DNA of 64,000 nucleotides from Escherichia coli (GTDB lineage Bacteria; Pseudomonadota; Gammaproteobacteria; Enterobacterales; Enterobacteriaceae): NCBI RefSeq assembly GCF_044324785.1, contig NZ_CP172127.1; one strand, 5' to 3'. Shown piece by piece: positions 12,494 to 22,930 of this stretch (position 1 is its first letter; each line of letters starts with the position of its first letter). The notes under the pieces were generated by a model. It saw only the letters and a program-made list of their open reading frames with translations, ran no database searches and was not told where the DNA came from. The position numbers and the translations under genes were made by a program.

Positions 12494-12551
12494 GTTTCAG
12501 TTAACGTTTCAGGCAATGTTTCACCGCGTTTCATTGCAACAATTATGAAAC
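12494..12551. promoter_or_regulatory. candidate PrpR enhancer: four phased GTTTCA hexamers plus palindrome GTTTCAT-N10-ATGAAAC
   Basis: GTTTCA at 12494, 12506, 12518, 12528 (10-12 bp phasing) and inverted repeat 12528..12551, located 80-150 bp upstream of the sigma-54 promoter between prpR and prpB. Confidence 0.4.
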
Positions 12552-12594
12552 AAGACTAAACCCAATATTCGGTTTCTTAACTTTGCGGTGCGCT

Positions 12595-14181
12595 ATGGCA
12601 CATCCACCACGGCTGAATGACGACAAACCGGTTATCTGGACGGTATCTGTAACGCGGCTGTTCGAGCTGTTTCGCGATATCAGCCTCGAGTTTGATCATC
12701 TGGCGAACATTACCCCTATCCAGCTTGGCTTTGAAAAAGCGGTGACCTACATCCGCAAGAAACTGGCAAGCGAACGCTGTGACGCCATCATCGCTGCTGG
12801 CTCTAACGGCGCATATCTTAAAAGCCGCCTGTCAGTGCCAGTTATTTTGATTAAACCGAGCGGCTACGATGTGTTACAGGCACTGGCAAAAGCCGGAAAA
12901 CTCACCTCTTCTATCGGCGTTGTGACTTATCAGGAAACTATTCCGTCGCTGGTGGCGTTTCAAAAAACCTTTAATTTGCGCCTCGACCAACGTAGCTACA
13001 TTACCGAAGAAGACGCGCGCGGGCAGATTAACGAGCTGAAAGCTAACGGCACCGAAGCGGTGGTCGGCGCGGGGCTGATTACCGATTTGGCAGAAGAAGC
13101 CGGAATGACCGGAATTTTTATCTATTCCGCCGCCACCGTGCGCCAGGCATTCAGCGATGCGCTGGATATGACGCGCATGTCGTTACGCCATAACACTCAC
13201 AATGCCACCCGTAACGCCCTGCGTACTCGTTACGTGCTGGGCGATATGCTCGGTCAATCATCACAGATGGAACAGGTACGGCAGACTATTATGCTGTATG
13301 CCCGCTCCAGTGCGGCGGTGTTGATTGAAGGGGAAACGGGGACGGGCAAAGAGCTGGCGGCCCAGGCGATTCATCGGGAATATTTTGCCCGCCACGATGC
13401 GCGACAGGGCAAAAAGTCGCATCCGTTTGTTGCCGTCAACTGCGGGGCGATTGCCGAATCGCTGCTGGAAGCAGAGCTGTTTGGCTATGAGGAAGGGGCG
13501 TTTACCGGCTCGCGACGCGGAGGACGCGCCGGACTGTTCGAAATTGCCCACGGCGGCACGCTGTTTCTTGACGAGATAGGCGAAATGCCTCTGCCATTGC
13601 AGACTCGGCTGTTACGAGTGCTGGAAGAAAAAGAGGTCACTCGCGTCGGCGGGCATCAGCCTGTTCCGGTGGATGTGCGGGTCATTAGCGCCACCCACTG
13701 CAATCTGGAAGAAGATATGCGGCAAGGGAAGTTTCGCCGTGACCTGTTTTATCGGCTGAGTATTTTGCGTCTGCAATTGCCACCACTGCGCGAGCGGGTG
13801 GCGGATATTCTTCCGCTGGCGGAAAGCTTTTTGAAAGTGTCTCTGGCGGCGCTCTCCGCCCCGTTTTCTGCCGCATTACGCCAGGGATTACAGGCAAGCG
13901 AAACCGTGCTGGTGCACTACGACTGGCCGGGCAATATTCGTGAACTGCGCAATATGATGGAGCGACTGGCGCTGTTTTTAAGTGTGGAACCGACGCCGGA
14001 TTTAACGCCGCAATTTTTGCAGCTGCTACTGCCGGAGCTGGCGCGCGAGTCGGCGAAAATTCCCGCTCCACGCTTACTGACACCACAACAGGCACTGGAG
14101 AAATTTAAAGGCGATAAAACAGCAGCGGCGAATTATTTAGGCATAAGCCGGACGACGTTCTGGCGGCGGCTGAAAAACTGA
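12595..14181 (+). CDS. prpR: sigma-54-dependent propionate catabolism activator
   Basis: ORF 12583..14181 trimmed to ATG 12595 ([15 protein letters not shown]..., 528 aa); AAA+ sigma-54 interaction motif GAFTGS and C-terminal HTH. Confidence 0.93.
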   Translation: MAHPPRLNDDKPVIWTVSVTRLFELFRDISLEFDHLANITPIQLGFEKAVTYIRKKLASERCDAIIAAGSNGAYLKSRLSVPVILIKPSGYDVLQALAKAGKLTSSIGVVTYQETIPSLVAFQKTFNLRLDQRSYITEEDARGQINELKANGTEAVVGAGLITDLAEEAGMTGIFIYSAATVRQAFSDALDMTRMSLRHNTHNATRNALRTRYVLGDMLGQSSQMEQVRQTIMLYARSSAAVLIEGETGTGKELAAQAIHREYFARHDARQGKKSHPFVAVNCGAIAESLLEAELFGYEEGAFTGSRRGGRAGLFEIAHGGTLFLDEIGEMPLPLQTRLLRVLEEKEVTRVGGHQPVPVDVRVISATHCNLEEDMRQGKFRRDLFYRLSILRLQLPPLRERVADILPLAESFLKVSLAALSAPFSAALRQGLQASETVLVHYDWPGNIRELRNMMERLALFLSVEPTPDLTPQFLQLLLPELARESAKIPAPRLLTPQQALEKFKGDKTAAANYLGISRTTFWRRLKN

Positions 14182-14183
14182 AC

Positions 14184-14215
14184 TGCCGAATGCAGCGCGA
14201 ACGCTTTATCCGGCA
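14184..14215. repeat. degenerate REP-like element between convergent prpR and yahO
   Basis: tgccgaatgcagcgcgaacgctttatccggca resembles the REP family (GCCGGATG...CATCCGGC) with mismatches. Confidence 0.3.
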
Positions 14216-14281
14216 TAAATTTCAATAGATGATGATCACCGATAAACTTACGCATCGGGGATGTTTACATAGGTTTCAGAA

Positions 14282-14557
14282 TTACTTCTTCTTATAAATA
14301 TTTGCCGTACCGTGAATCTTATTGTCAGTTTGACCAGAGGTCAGCACCAACACATCAGCCCCTTTTTCATCGGCTTTTTTGATTAAATCTTCTTTTGCAT
14401 CTGCAGTCGACATTTCATTACTGGTTGAAATATCACCTATTTTTTCATATTGCGATTCAACTTTTTCAAATTCCGCTTTGGTCATCAATTCAGCGGCATA
14501 GACATTGGTAACGGCAAACGCTAACGCACCGACTAACATTTTAGAGATTATTTTCAT
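14282..14557 (-). CDS. yahO: DUF1471-family periplasmic stress protein
   Basis: 91-aa ORF with signal peptide, matching YahO as recalled. Confidence 0.85.
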   Translation of the reverse strand: MKIISKMLVGALAFAVTNVYAAELMTKAEFEKVESQYEKIGDISTSNEMSTADAKEDLIKKADEKGADVLVLTSGQTDNKIHGTANIYKKK

Positions 14558-14703
14558 ATTACGGCTCCAGAGTTGTTATCACACTATCACCCACCGACAT
14601 TATTGGGTTGATTAATAATTAGTTCAGTCAGGGCATAAACGCCAGTAACCGGAAATAAGACACTTTGTGATCTCTCTCGCACCCCATTATTTTTGGTAGA
14701 AAT

Positions 14704-15375
14704 ATGATGCAGTTAGTTCACTTATTTATGGATGAAATCACTATGGATCCTTTGCATGCCGTTTACCTGACCGTAGGACTGTTCGTGATTACTTTTTTTA
14801 ATCCGGGAGCCAATCTCTTTGTGGTAGTACAAACCAGCCTGGCTTCCGGTCGACGCGCAGGAGTGCTGACCGGACTGGGCGTGGCGCTGGGCGATGCATT
14901 TTATTCCGGGTTGGGTTTGTTTGGTCTTGCAACGCTAATTACGCAGTGTGAGGAGATTTTTTCGCTTATCAGAATCGTCGGCGGCGCTTATCTCTTATGG
15001 TTTGCGTGGTGCAGCATGCGCCGCCAGTCAACACCGCAAATGAGCACACTACAACAACCGATTAACGCCCCCTGGTATGTCTTTTTTCGCCGCGGATTAA
15101 TTACCGATCTCTCTAACCCGCAAACCGTTTTATTTTTTATCAGTATTTTCTCAGTAACATTAAATGCCGAAACACCAACATGGGCACGTTTAATGGCCTG
15201 GGCGGGGATTGTGCTCGCATCAGTTATCTGGCGCGTTTTTCTTAGTCAGGCGTTTTCTTTGCCCGCAGTGCGTCGTGCTTATGGGCGTATGCAACGCGTT
15301 GCCAGTCGGGTTATTGGTGCAATTATTGGTGTATTCGCGCTACGCCTGATTTACGAAGGGGTGACGCAGCGGTGA
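14704..15375 (+). CDS. yahN: LysE/RhtB-family amino-acid exporter
   Basis: 223-aa membrane ORF matching YahN. Confidence 0.85.
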   Translation: MMQLVHLFMDEITMDPLHAVYLTVGLFVITFFNPGANLFVVVQTSLASGRRAGVLTGLGVALGDAFYSGLGLFGLATLITQCEEIFSLIRIVGGAYLLWFAWCSMRRQSTPQMSTLQQPINAPWYVFFRRGLITDLSNPQTVLFFISIFSVTLNAETPTWARLMAWAGIVLASVIWRVFLSQAFSLPAVRRAYGRMQRVASRVIGAIIGVFALRLIYEGVTQR

Positions 15376-15391
15376 GCAGATAATTTACTCT

Positions 15392-15637
15392 CTACGTAAT
15401 CAACCTGATTTGCCGAATCCCGACCATCGGCGATGATAGCCCCCGTAATGCGTGGTCCTTATTTCCGATAAGTTTACTTGAGTCTTTAGCTTCCCATTTC
15501 AGCCCACTCTCCCCTGTGTGGGCTTTTTTCATTGCTCTGACCCGTCCTGAATAGCCAAACAATGGCAATGTTCCACTTTGCAGGGATGATAATAAGGGGA
15601 TCTGATTCAGAAGAGTTTTGAAAAGTTGGACCGCCAT
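15392..15637 (-). CDS. yahM: small uncharacterized protein
   Basis: ORF 15392..15667 trimmed to ATG at 15637 gives 81 aa, the length I recall for YahM; position between yahN and yahL fits. Confidence 0.55.
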   Translation of the reverse strand: MAVQLFKTLLNQIPLLSSLQSGTLPLFGYSGRVRAMKKAHTGESGLKWEAKDSSKLIGNKDHALRGLSSPMVGIRQIRLIT

Positions 15638-16049
15638 CGAGGCCTCGAACCCCGTACCATACAACAATCCTGGTTGTCGTCTGCTCTTCCTGATGAGCTA
15701 ATGGCGGTTTTTGATATGAGCCTTACAGCATATTTTCTGTCAGGCTTGAGTGCGATGCGTAAGATACAGAAAAGACCCCACACAAACATGATGGAATTAT
15801 GATTTTTTTCATATGAATGTCAACCCACACATTCACAAAACATCTGCATGAGATCATTTTTTATACACCGTATAGCTGCGAAACCACTGCTGATGCTTTT
15901 TTAAGCGAAGTGTCGCCGATCACAACAAAATATCGGCGAAAAAAGAGATGGAATGCCAGTTGGCATACAGATATACAGATGAAATGATTACCTGCATTGC
16001 GATTCACTCTCTGGTGGAATAACAACTTGCAGGTGGAACCCTTTCTGAA

Positions 16050-16865
16050 CTAAAGAGTGTAGCGGATTTTAACGTGCTTATTTACAGGATAATATCTGTC
16101 ACCTAATTCCTGCACTCTATTAGATATCCATTCATTTAATCGCGCATCATCTCTGTATGTTTTTACGTCCAGAACAGAGAGCAATAACCTCACCAGTGAT
16201 TCAGGAAAAACAGGGTAGATATTTTTTAAGTGTAATAATAATCCATGCGCAAGCGCCTGCTTAATGGGCGCGTCGGTCTCCGGGATAGACGACATTTCGC
16301 TAAGCCACTTTTCCACATGCATACACTCTTTCCCTTTAGGGAAAAGTCTCAGCAAAGGCATATGGTGTTCAAGAAGAATACATTTGCAATCTGTTCGCAC
16401 TGAATCGATAAACTGCACTAATTTCTTAAGCCCGGTAAAGCGTCCAGCCTGCACGTTTGCTTTAATATCAAGAAACGCATCATCCTGGTCATATACCCAA
16501 ACTGTCCCTTTTTGATTTTCAAGTATGCGAAAAACAAACTTAACCGGGTGATCAGGGTAATCCATCCAGTCATAAAACCCAGGGAAATCATTAAACTGCA
16601 CATTTATGGTGAGTGCGTTATCGTCTGACCACTCACAGTCTCGTACGGCAGCCATGAGATGAATGAGTTTGTCGTCATCGACTAAATCATCACGACAATC
16701 ATAAGGATAATCATAATATTGTTTAATCAAAACCTTGAATATATCGACACAGGAGACCAGGGAGCTTTTGATATCCTCTGATAACTGATTGTTTTTAACC
16801 GTATTAAGTATGCTTTGTTGCGTATATGGCATCAAATTATTGTGCGGAGCTTTTAATGATATCAT
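16050..16865 (-). CDS. yahL: uncharacterized protein, AT-rich gene
   Basis: 271-aa ORF at the expected position with the YahL length; visibly AT-rich relative to neighbours (by eye). Confidence 0.75.
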   Translation of the reverse strand: MISLKAPHNNLMPYTQQSILNTVKNNQLSEDIKSSLVSCVDIFKVLIKQYYDYPYDCRDDLVDDDKLIHLMAAVRDCEWSDDNALTINVQFNDFPGFYDWMDYPDHPVKFVFRILENQKGTVWVYDQDDAFLDIKANVQAGRFTGLKKLVQFIDSVRTDCKCILLEHHMPLLRLFPKGKECMHVEKWLSEMSSIPETDAPIKQALAHGLLLHLKNIYPVFPESLVRLLLSVLDVKTYRDDARLNEWISNRVQELGDRYYPVNKHVKIRYTL

Positions 16866-17107
16866 CGCGATCTCTCTTAAATAAAAATAAACGTCGCAGA
16901 TAATAAAGCCCTGATTAAACCAGGCACTATCAGAAATCGCTCATAACGAACGTGTGAAGTATTGTGTACTGGAGGGAGTTAATTTAACAATTTGAATTTA
17001 CGTTATAGGTTTTACTGCTACTTTGATATTATTTCGCTCTCCTTAACTAAAAAGTTAAGTGGAGAGCGAAGTTAATATGTTAAACCACAGGGTATTTATT
17101 AATTTTT

Positions 17108-18157
17108 TCAGTCTGTTAGTGTGCGATTATCGATAACAAAACGATATTTCACATCTCCTCGCAGCATTCGCTCATAGGCTTCATTAATTTGATCGGCCCG
17201 AATCATCTCTATATCAGCCACGATGCCATGTTCGGCGCAAAAATCGAGCATCTCCTGTGTTTCTGGAATGCCGCCAATCATAGAACCGGCTATCGCACGG
17301 CGTTTCATGATCAGGTTGAAAACTTCCGGTGATTTATGCGGTGTCGCAGGCGCACCAACCAGCGTCATGGTGCCATCACGCTTCAGCAAGGTGGTAAAAT
17401 CGTCGAGATTATGTGGCGCAGCTACTGTATTCAAAATGAAATCGAAACTCTTGAGATGAGCCGCCATCTCATCGGCATTGCGTGAGTTAACAACTTCATC
17501 GGCCCCCAGGGCTTTTGCCGCTTCGCGTTTTGCCTCAGAAGTGGTAAATGCCACCACATGCGCCCCCATCGCGTGGGCCAGCTTAATCCCCATATGTCCC
17601 AGACCGCCGATGCCAACCACGCCCACTTTTTTACCCGGCCCGGCCTGCCAGTGACGTAGCGGCGAGTATGTGGTGATCCCTGCACACAATAAAGGAGCCA
17701 CCGCCGCCAGCTGCTCTTGCGGGTGACGAATACGCAGAACATATCGCTCATGAACGACGATCTGTTGTGAGTAGCCGCCCAGCGTATGGCCCGGTTCGTC
17801 CGGCGTCGGCGAGTTATAGGTGCCGGTCATGTGATCACAGTAGTTTTCCAGCCCGTCTTCACACTCTTCGCAATGTTTACAACTGTCGACAATACAGCCG
17901 ACACCGACCAGATCGCCCGGCGCATATTTTTCTACCTGATCACCAACGGCTACCACGCGCCCTACAATTTCATGGCCCGGCACGCAGGGATAAACCGTCC
18001 CCGCCCACTCGGAACGGACCTGGTGGAGATCGGAATGGCAGACGCCACAGTAAGCGATTTCGATTTTGACATCATTCGGTCCCGGTTCACGCCGGGTGAT
18101 ATCCATCGGTTCAAGTGGTTGTTTAGCGGAATATGCACCAACAGCTTTGATCTTCAT
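17108..18157 (-). CDS. yahK: NADPH-dependent aldehyde reductase (zinc-dependent alcohol dehydrogenase family)
   Basis: 349-aa ORF with zinc-ligand motif GHEIVG and Rossmann GxGxxG, matching YahK. Confidence 0.9.
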   Translation of the reverse strand: MKIKAVGAYSAKQPLEPMDITRREPGPNDVKIEIAYCGVCHSDLHQVRSEWAGTVYPCVPGHEIVGRVVAVGDQVEKYAPGDLVGVGCIVDSCKHCEECEDGLENYCDHMTGTYNSPTPDEPGHTLGGYSQQIVVHERYVLRIRHPQEQLAAVAPLLCAGITTYSPLRHWQAGPGKKVGVVGIGGLGHMGIKLAHAMGAHVVAFTTSEAKREAAKALGADEVVNSRNADEMAAHLKSFDFILNTVAAPHNLDDFTTLLKRDGTMTLVGAPATPHKSPEVFNLIMKRRAIAGSMIGGIPETQEMLDFCAEHGIVADIEMIRADQINEAYERMLRGDVKYRFVIDNRTLTD

Positions 18158-18243
18158 TGTGTTTACTCCTGATTAGCTATGTGTATTTGGCGACGCCTGA
18201 TATGTCATCGCGGCAAAACGCGTCCATTGAATATAGCCAATAT

Positions 18244-19200
18244 TTAAACCACCCGATCCAGCCCCAACATGCCGCGAGCCTGAATGAAACAGAGCAGCAA
18301 CGTTCCCCATAAGGCCATCGTCAGGTAGGGGCTTATACCGAGAATATTGAAGCCGCTTTCAATAATTTGCAGAAGAAACAGCGCCAGCACCATACCAATT
18401 ATCCGCCCGCTGCCGCCGTCCGGATTAACCCCGCCGAGTACTGCCGCGAGGATTGACACCAGCAAGTACGATTCGCCATAAGAGGCCTTAGCCGAGTTGA
18501 GTTTCGACATCATCAAAAATGCCGCTACCGCACAAAGCAAGGCGGAAATGACATACACCCATATCAGCACCCGACGAGTGTTAATACCGGAGTAAAGTGT
18601 TGCTCGTTCGTTAGAACCAATCAGATAAATGGCTTTACCGAGCGGCGTTTTCTCCAGCAATATCCACAGTCCCAGCGCCACTGCGGTAAACAACCACATC
18701 GGTAGCGGAATACCGAACCACTGTGCATGATTCAACCACAGCACCCATGAGGGATAATTGGCAATGGCGCTACCACCTGTCACCAGAATATTTATCCCTT
18801 TGAGCAACGTCATCATCCCAAGCGTTGCAAGAATTGGCGACACTCGAATACCAGCAATCAATACGCCGTTACATAAACCGATTATCACCGCCGCGCCAGC
18901 GCCCGCCAGTAACGTAGCGACAACCGTAGCAATACCCGGTGGATACTGAGTCGCCACCCACGCCATCACCAGTGAACAGGCGTTAGCAGTGGCTATAATT
19001 GACAAGTTAATGCCACCGCAAAGCATGGTCACCGCCATAGCCAACGCCAGAATGCCCAGCACGGGCATTTGCGAAGCGACGGACTGGAAATTACTTATCG
19101 ACCAGAAAATCTCCGGCATAGTAATGCTGAAGGCGGCAACAGTTAGCACCAGCAGGCCGATCAAGTAAAACTCAACGTTATTACGCCACGATTTTTTCAT
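18244..19200 (-). CDS. sugar ABC transporter permease (second permease of operon)
   Basis: Polytopic membrane ORF; start trimmed to ATG 19200, which forms an ATGA overlap with the upstream permease stop (translational coupling). Confidence 0.85.
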   Translation of the reverse strand: MKKSWRNNVEFYLIGLLVLTVAAFSITMPEIFWSISNFQSVASQMPVLGILALAMAVTMLCGGINLSIIATANACSLVMAWVATQYPPGIATVVATLLAGAGAAVIIGLCNGVLIAGIRVSPILATLGMMTLLKGINILVTGGSAIANYPSWVLWLNHAQWFGIPLPMWLFTAVALGLWILLEKTPLGKAIYLIGSNERATLYSGINTRRVLIWVYVISALLCAVAAFLMMSKLNSAKASYGESYLLVSILAAVLGGVNPDGGSGRIIGMVLALFLLQIIESGFNILGISPYLTMALWGTLLLCFIQARGMLGLDRVV

Positions 19201-20168
19201 AGCAGACTCCGGTTCTGATGCTGACTCCACGCCGTGGCGCTAATGCTGGCAACGATGATGATGCCGGTGATCAATGTTTGCCAGTAAGACGAGACTCCCA
19301 ATAAATTTAGCCCGTTTTGCATTACTGCCAACAACACCACGCCGAGCAAAGTACCGGTTAACGTGCCGCGCCCGCCGAGCAAACTAGTGCCGCCAAGCAC
19401 CACCGCAGCCAGTACTGTCAGCTCATAACCCAGAAGAGAATCGGGGGCGACAGTCATCACCGTCCACGACTGCACTACACCCGCAGCACCAGACATCAAT
19501 CCCATATAGCCGTAGACGAAAAGTTGCAGTTTCAGCACGCTAAAGCCGATGCGACTGGCTGATTCACGGTTCCCGCCAAGGGCATAAATTTTGCGCCCTA
19601 CACTGGTGAAATTCATGATAAACGCTGTTAGCAGCACCACCGTAATCATGGCGATCAGCGGTAGACCAAGGCCATAGTCATAGCCATCAGCATCGGTGTA
19701 CTTGAACAACATTACCCCCTGCTCAAACCACGGCGGAAAGTCGTACAGCCACACACCTTTACTCAACCATAACAGCAGGCCATAGAAAATATTCAGCGTC
19801 GAGATAGTGATGATGATAGAAGGCACCCGTAGGCGATTAACCAGTAAGGCGTTTATTAAGCCAAGTAAAATGCCGATGCCGCCCGCCAGTGCAAACGCGA
19901 CAGCGAAGTTGCCACCAATTTTTTGCAGCAACAGCACCATGCCGTATTGCGCAATGATGGTCATTGCCGGAAACGAAATATCAATTCCACCGGAAATCAA
20001 CACCACAAACAAACCACAGGCGAGAATAGTCAACATGGCATAGTTATTGGCGAGATCGTACAAATTACCGAATGTCAGAAACTCGTCGCTGCGCCAGGCA
20101 AGGCCGACAAACAGCCCCACAATCAGTAATGCCAGCCAGAATTCATGACGTTTTTTCAGTTCAGCCAT
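19197..20168 (-). CDS. sugar ABC transporter permease (first permease)
   Basis: 323-aa polytopic membrane protein of the ribose/AI-2-type permease family; overlaps the ATPase stop by 8 nt. Confidence 0.85.
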   Translation of the reverse strand: MAELKKRHEFWLALLIVGLFVGLAWRSDEFLTFGNLYDLANNYAMLTILACGLFVVLISGGIDISFPAMTIIAQYGMVLLLQKIGGNFAVAFALAGGIGILLGLINALLVNRLRVPSIIITISTLNIFYGLLLWLSKGVWLYDFPPWFEQGVMLFKYTDADGYDYGLGLPLIAMITVVLLTAFIMNFTSVGRKIYALGGNRESASRIGFSVLKLQLFVYGYMGLMSGAAGVVQSWTVMTVAPDSLLGYELTVLAAVVLGGTSLLGGRGTLTGTLLGVVLLAVMQNGLNLLGVSSYWQTLITGIIIVASISATAWSQHQNRSLL

Positions 20169-21645
20169 TTACCACCTCCGCAATCCTGGCCTGAGAACTG
20201 CTGTCAGGCAGGAAGCTATGGGTGATCTGACCTTTCTGCATTACCAAAATCCGGTGGCTTTGATACCACGCTTCTTCAATTTCATCGCAGATCATCAATA
20301 CCGCAATGCCATGAGCCGCCAGATCGCTGATAATGCCGTATATTCCTGCTTTGTTGGCGATATCAACACCGACTGTCGGGCTATCGAGAATCAACAGTCG
20401 TGGCCCAATCGCCAGCCATTTGGCGATCGATACTCGCTGCGCGTTACCCCCGGAAAGCGTACTCACCGGGAGATGTGGGTCAGAGACTTTGATGGTCAAT
20501 GCCTTGATTAGCCTGTCCACCAGGTCACGCACTTTAGCTTCACTCAGAAAGCCGAAGCGATCTTTTACCTTGTGAAAAACAGTGCTAATGATGTTGTCTT
20601 CAATAGATTGCGCCATCACCAAACCGCGCGACATGCGATCTTCCGAAACATAACCAATACCGTGGCGGATGGCGTCCTGGTTACTATGCAGTGTAACCGG
20701 CTGACCGTTGATGAGGATCTCACCAGCATCCGGTCGGGTCATACCAAACAGACTCAGACATAATTCCGTGCGCCCCGCACCAAGCAGGCCAACAATCGAC
20801 ACCACTTCGCCCGCTTCCACCCGCAAGTTAATATTTTGATATTCCCCATGACGACTTAAATTACGCACCTCCAGCACTGGGGTGCTGGATTTTCCCTGCC
20901 ACAACTCTCGTACCTGATATTCGAACTCCTGGCCGGTCATCAGAAAACTGAGTTGTTTTGTGGTCATCTCTGCGGCCGGAAAGGTCCCGACCAGCTCACC
21001 ATCTTTCAGCACTGAAATACGGTCGGAAACTTCCATCACTTCTTCCAGACGATGACTGACGAAGACCACGCAGATCCCGCGTTCCCGCAATTGATGCACC
21101 ACCTGTAATAACCCTTGCACTTCCTGATGGGTCAGCGAAGCGGTTGGTTCATCCATCACGATCAACCGTGCGTCCTGCGCCAGTGCACGGCAAATTGCCA
21201 CCAGCTGACAGCGGGCAATTGAAAGCTCAGAAACGAGCGTATCCAGAGGCAATGTGACGTTAATACTGGTCATTGCCGCCTGCGCCACCTCACGCAGACG
21301 ACGTCGGTTAACAAACAGACCGTGGTGATAGTGATTCACGGCGATATTCTCCCAGACACTCAGGTTAGGAAATAAAGAGAGGTCCTGATAAATCACCTGA
21401 ATCCCCTGCGCCACCGAAGCGGCGGGTGTCAGCTTTGACCAGTTTTTCCCACCAAGCGTAATTTCCGCCCCCTCATCCGGGCGATAAACACCGGACATAA
21501 TTTTAATCAACGTCGATTTACCACAGCCGTTTTGCCCGGCAAGGCAGTGCACCTCACCCGACATAAAGTCGAGAGAAACATCGCGCAGCGCTCGCGTGGC
21601 ATGAAACGTTTTGTTGATATGACGAAGGGAAAGGAAGGTTTCCAT
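20161..21645 (-). CDS. sugar ABC transporter ATP-binding protein with two nucleotide-binding domains
   Basis: ORF 20161..21660 trimmed to ATG 21645 (METFLSLRHINKTF...); Walker A GQNGCGKST, signature LSGGNAQ and a second NBD, as in CUT2-type RbsA/LsrA ATPases. Confidence 0.88.
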   Translation of the reverse strand: METFLSLRHINKTFHATRALRDVSLDFMSGEVHCLAGQNGCGKSTLIKIMSGVYRPDEGAEITLGGKNWSKLTPAASVAQGIQVIYQDLSLFPNLSVWENIAVNHYHHGLFVNRRRLREVAQAAMTSINVTLPLDTLVSELSIARCQLVAICRALAQDARLIVMDEPTASLTHQEVQGLLQVVHQLRERGICVVFVSHRLEEVMEVSDRISVLKDGELVGTFPAAEMTTKQLSFLMTGQEFEYQVRELWQGKSSTPVLEVRNLSRHGEYQNINLRVEAGEVVSIVGLLGAGRTELCLSLFGMTRPDAGEILINGQPVTLHSNQDAIRHGIGYVSEDRMSRGLVMAQSIEDNIISTVFHKVKDRFGFLSEAKVRDLVDRLIKALTIKVSDPHLPVSTLSGGNAQRVSIAKWLAIGPRLLILDSPTVGVDIANKAGIYGIISDLAAHGIAVLMICDEIEEAWYQSHRILVMQKGQITHSFLPDSSSQARIAEVVNG

Positions 21646-21667
21646 AGCATCCCCTGGCAATAAGAAT

Positions 21668-21683
21668 CGGGGCTTTCGCCCCG
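21668..21683 (-). other. intercistronic GC hairpin with GAAA tetraloop between binding-protein and ATPase genes
   Basis: cggggc-gaaa-gccccg on the transcribed strand; 6-bp GC stem read directly in sequence. Confidence 0.4.
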
Positions 21684-21693
21684 AAGAAATGGA

Positions 21694-22680
21694 TTAATAA
21701 AGTGAGTCGATATTGTCTTTGTTGACCAGTAATACCTTATGGAAACGGATAATTCGCTTATCCATATCTACGTCGGCCTTACCGAGATTCTCCATTTCTA
21801 ATCCAGGTTTGATCTCTTCACCCTTCAGCAACGTGCTGGCGACGGCCGCGAGTGCGTAACCTGCAGAGGCCGGATCGTAAGTAATCCCTTCGGTGATATC
21901 ACCACTTTTAATCAGTGATGCCGCCTGTGAAGGGATCATCATGCCATAGACTGCGACTTTATTTTTCGCCCGTTTCTCTTTCACTGCACGTCCCGCGCCA
22001 ATCGGACCGTTTGAACCAAAGGAGACAACCGCTTTCAAGTCAGGATAGGTTTTCATGAGGTCCAGTGTGGTACGACGTGAGTCATCCACACTCTCGGCAA
22101 CCGGCATGCGGCGGGTAACTTCATGCATATCCGGGTAATGCTCTTTCTGGTATTTCACCAGCAAGTCAGCCCATAAGTTATGCTGCGGCACGGTCAAACT
22201 ACCCACGTAAATCACATAGCCGCCCTTGCCACCCATGCGTTTCGCCATATGCTCAACATATTCAGCGGCAAATTTTTCGTTATCAATGATTTCGATATCC
22301 CAGTTAGCACTTGGCTGACCGGGGGATTCGTTGGTCAGAACCACAATTCCGGCATCTCGCGCTTTTTTGAATACCGGTTCCAGCACGTTGGCATCGTTTG
22401 GCACAATTGTAATTGCATTAACCTTACGGGCGATTAAATCCTCAATAATTTTAACTTGTTGCGGAGCATCAGTACTTGAAGGCCCCACCTGTGACGCATT
22501 AACACCAAAGGCTTTACCCGCCTCAACCACACCTTCGCCCATGCGATTAAACCACGGCATACCATCGACTTTAGAGATATTCACCACGACTTTTTCCGCT
22601 GCCTGGAGCGGCGCAGAAATTAGCGCAGCGCCTAATAACAGCGAAGACACCATATTGATAACAAAACGTTTATTCATCAT
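21694..22680 (-). CDS. periplasmic sugar-binding protein, LsrB/RbsB family
   Basis: 328-aa ORF with signal peptide (…LISAPLQAAEK); EAGKAFG and C-terminal NKDNID segments resemble LsrB as recalled. Confidence 0.85.
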   Translation of the reverse strand: MMNKRFVINMVSSLLLGAALISAPLQAAEKVVVNISKVDGMPWFNRMGEGVVEAGKAFGVNASQVGPSSTDAPQQVKIIEDLIARKVNAITIVPNDANVLEPVFKKARDAGIVVLTNESPGQPSANWDIEIIDNEKFAAEYVEHMAKRMGGKGGYVIYVGSLTVPQHNLWADLLVKYQKEHYPDMHEVTRRMPVAESVDDSRRTTLDLMKTYPDLKAVVSFGSNGPIGAGRAVKEKRAKNKVAVYGMMIPSQAASLIKSGDITEGITYDPASAGYALAAVASTLLKGEEIKPGLEMENLGKADVDMDKRIIRFHKVLLVNKDNIDSLY

Positions 22681-22930
22681 TTCAGCCTCATTGCAGGGTA
22701 GTCAGGAAGTGTTCGCCCAAATTAGCGCGCTGGAGAGAATAAGAATTTTCGAATATTTTTATGCAGAATAAACAGCCCTATTTCAGGCAGCTATTAAAAA
22801 TTTGGTTATAAATATGGACAAAACGGGCAGCAATAATAAGTGTGACACTCATCACGTAAAAAATAGCAAAATAAACAAAATTAGCGATATTTTATGTTTG
22901 TGAGCTTATTTCGCGTAGAAAAATAGTTAT

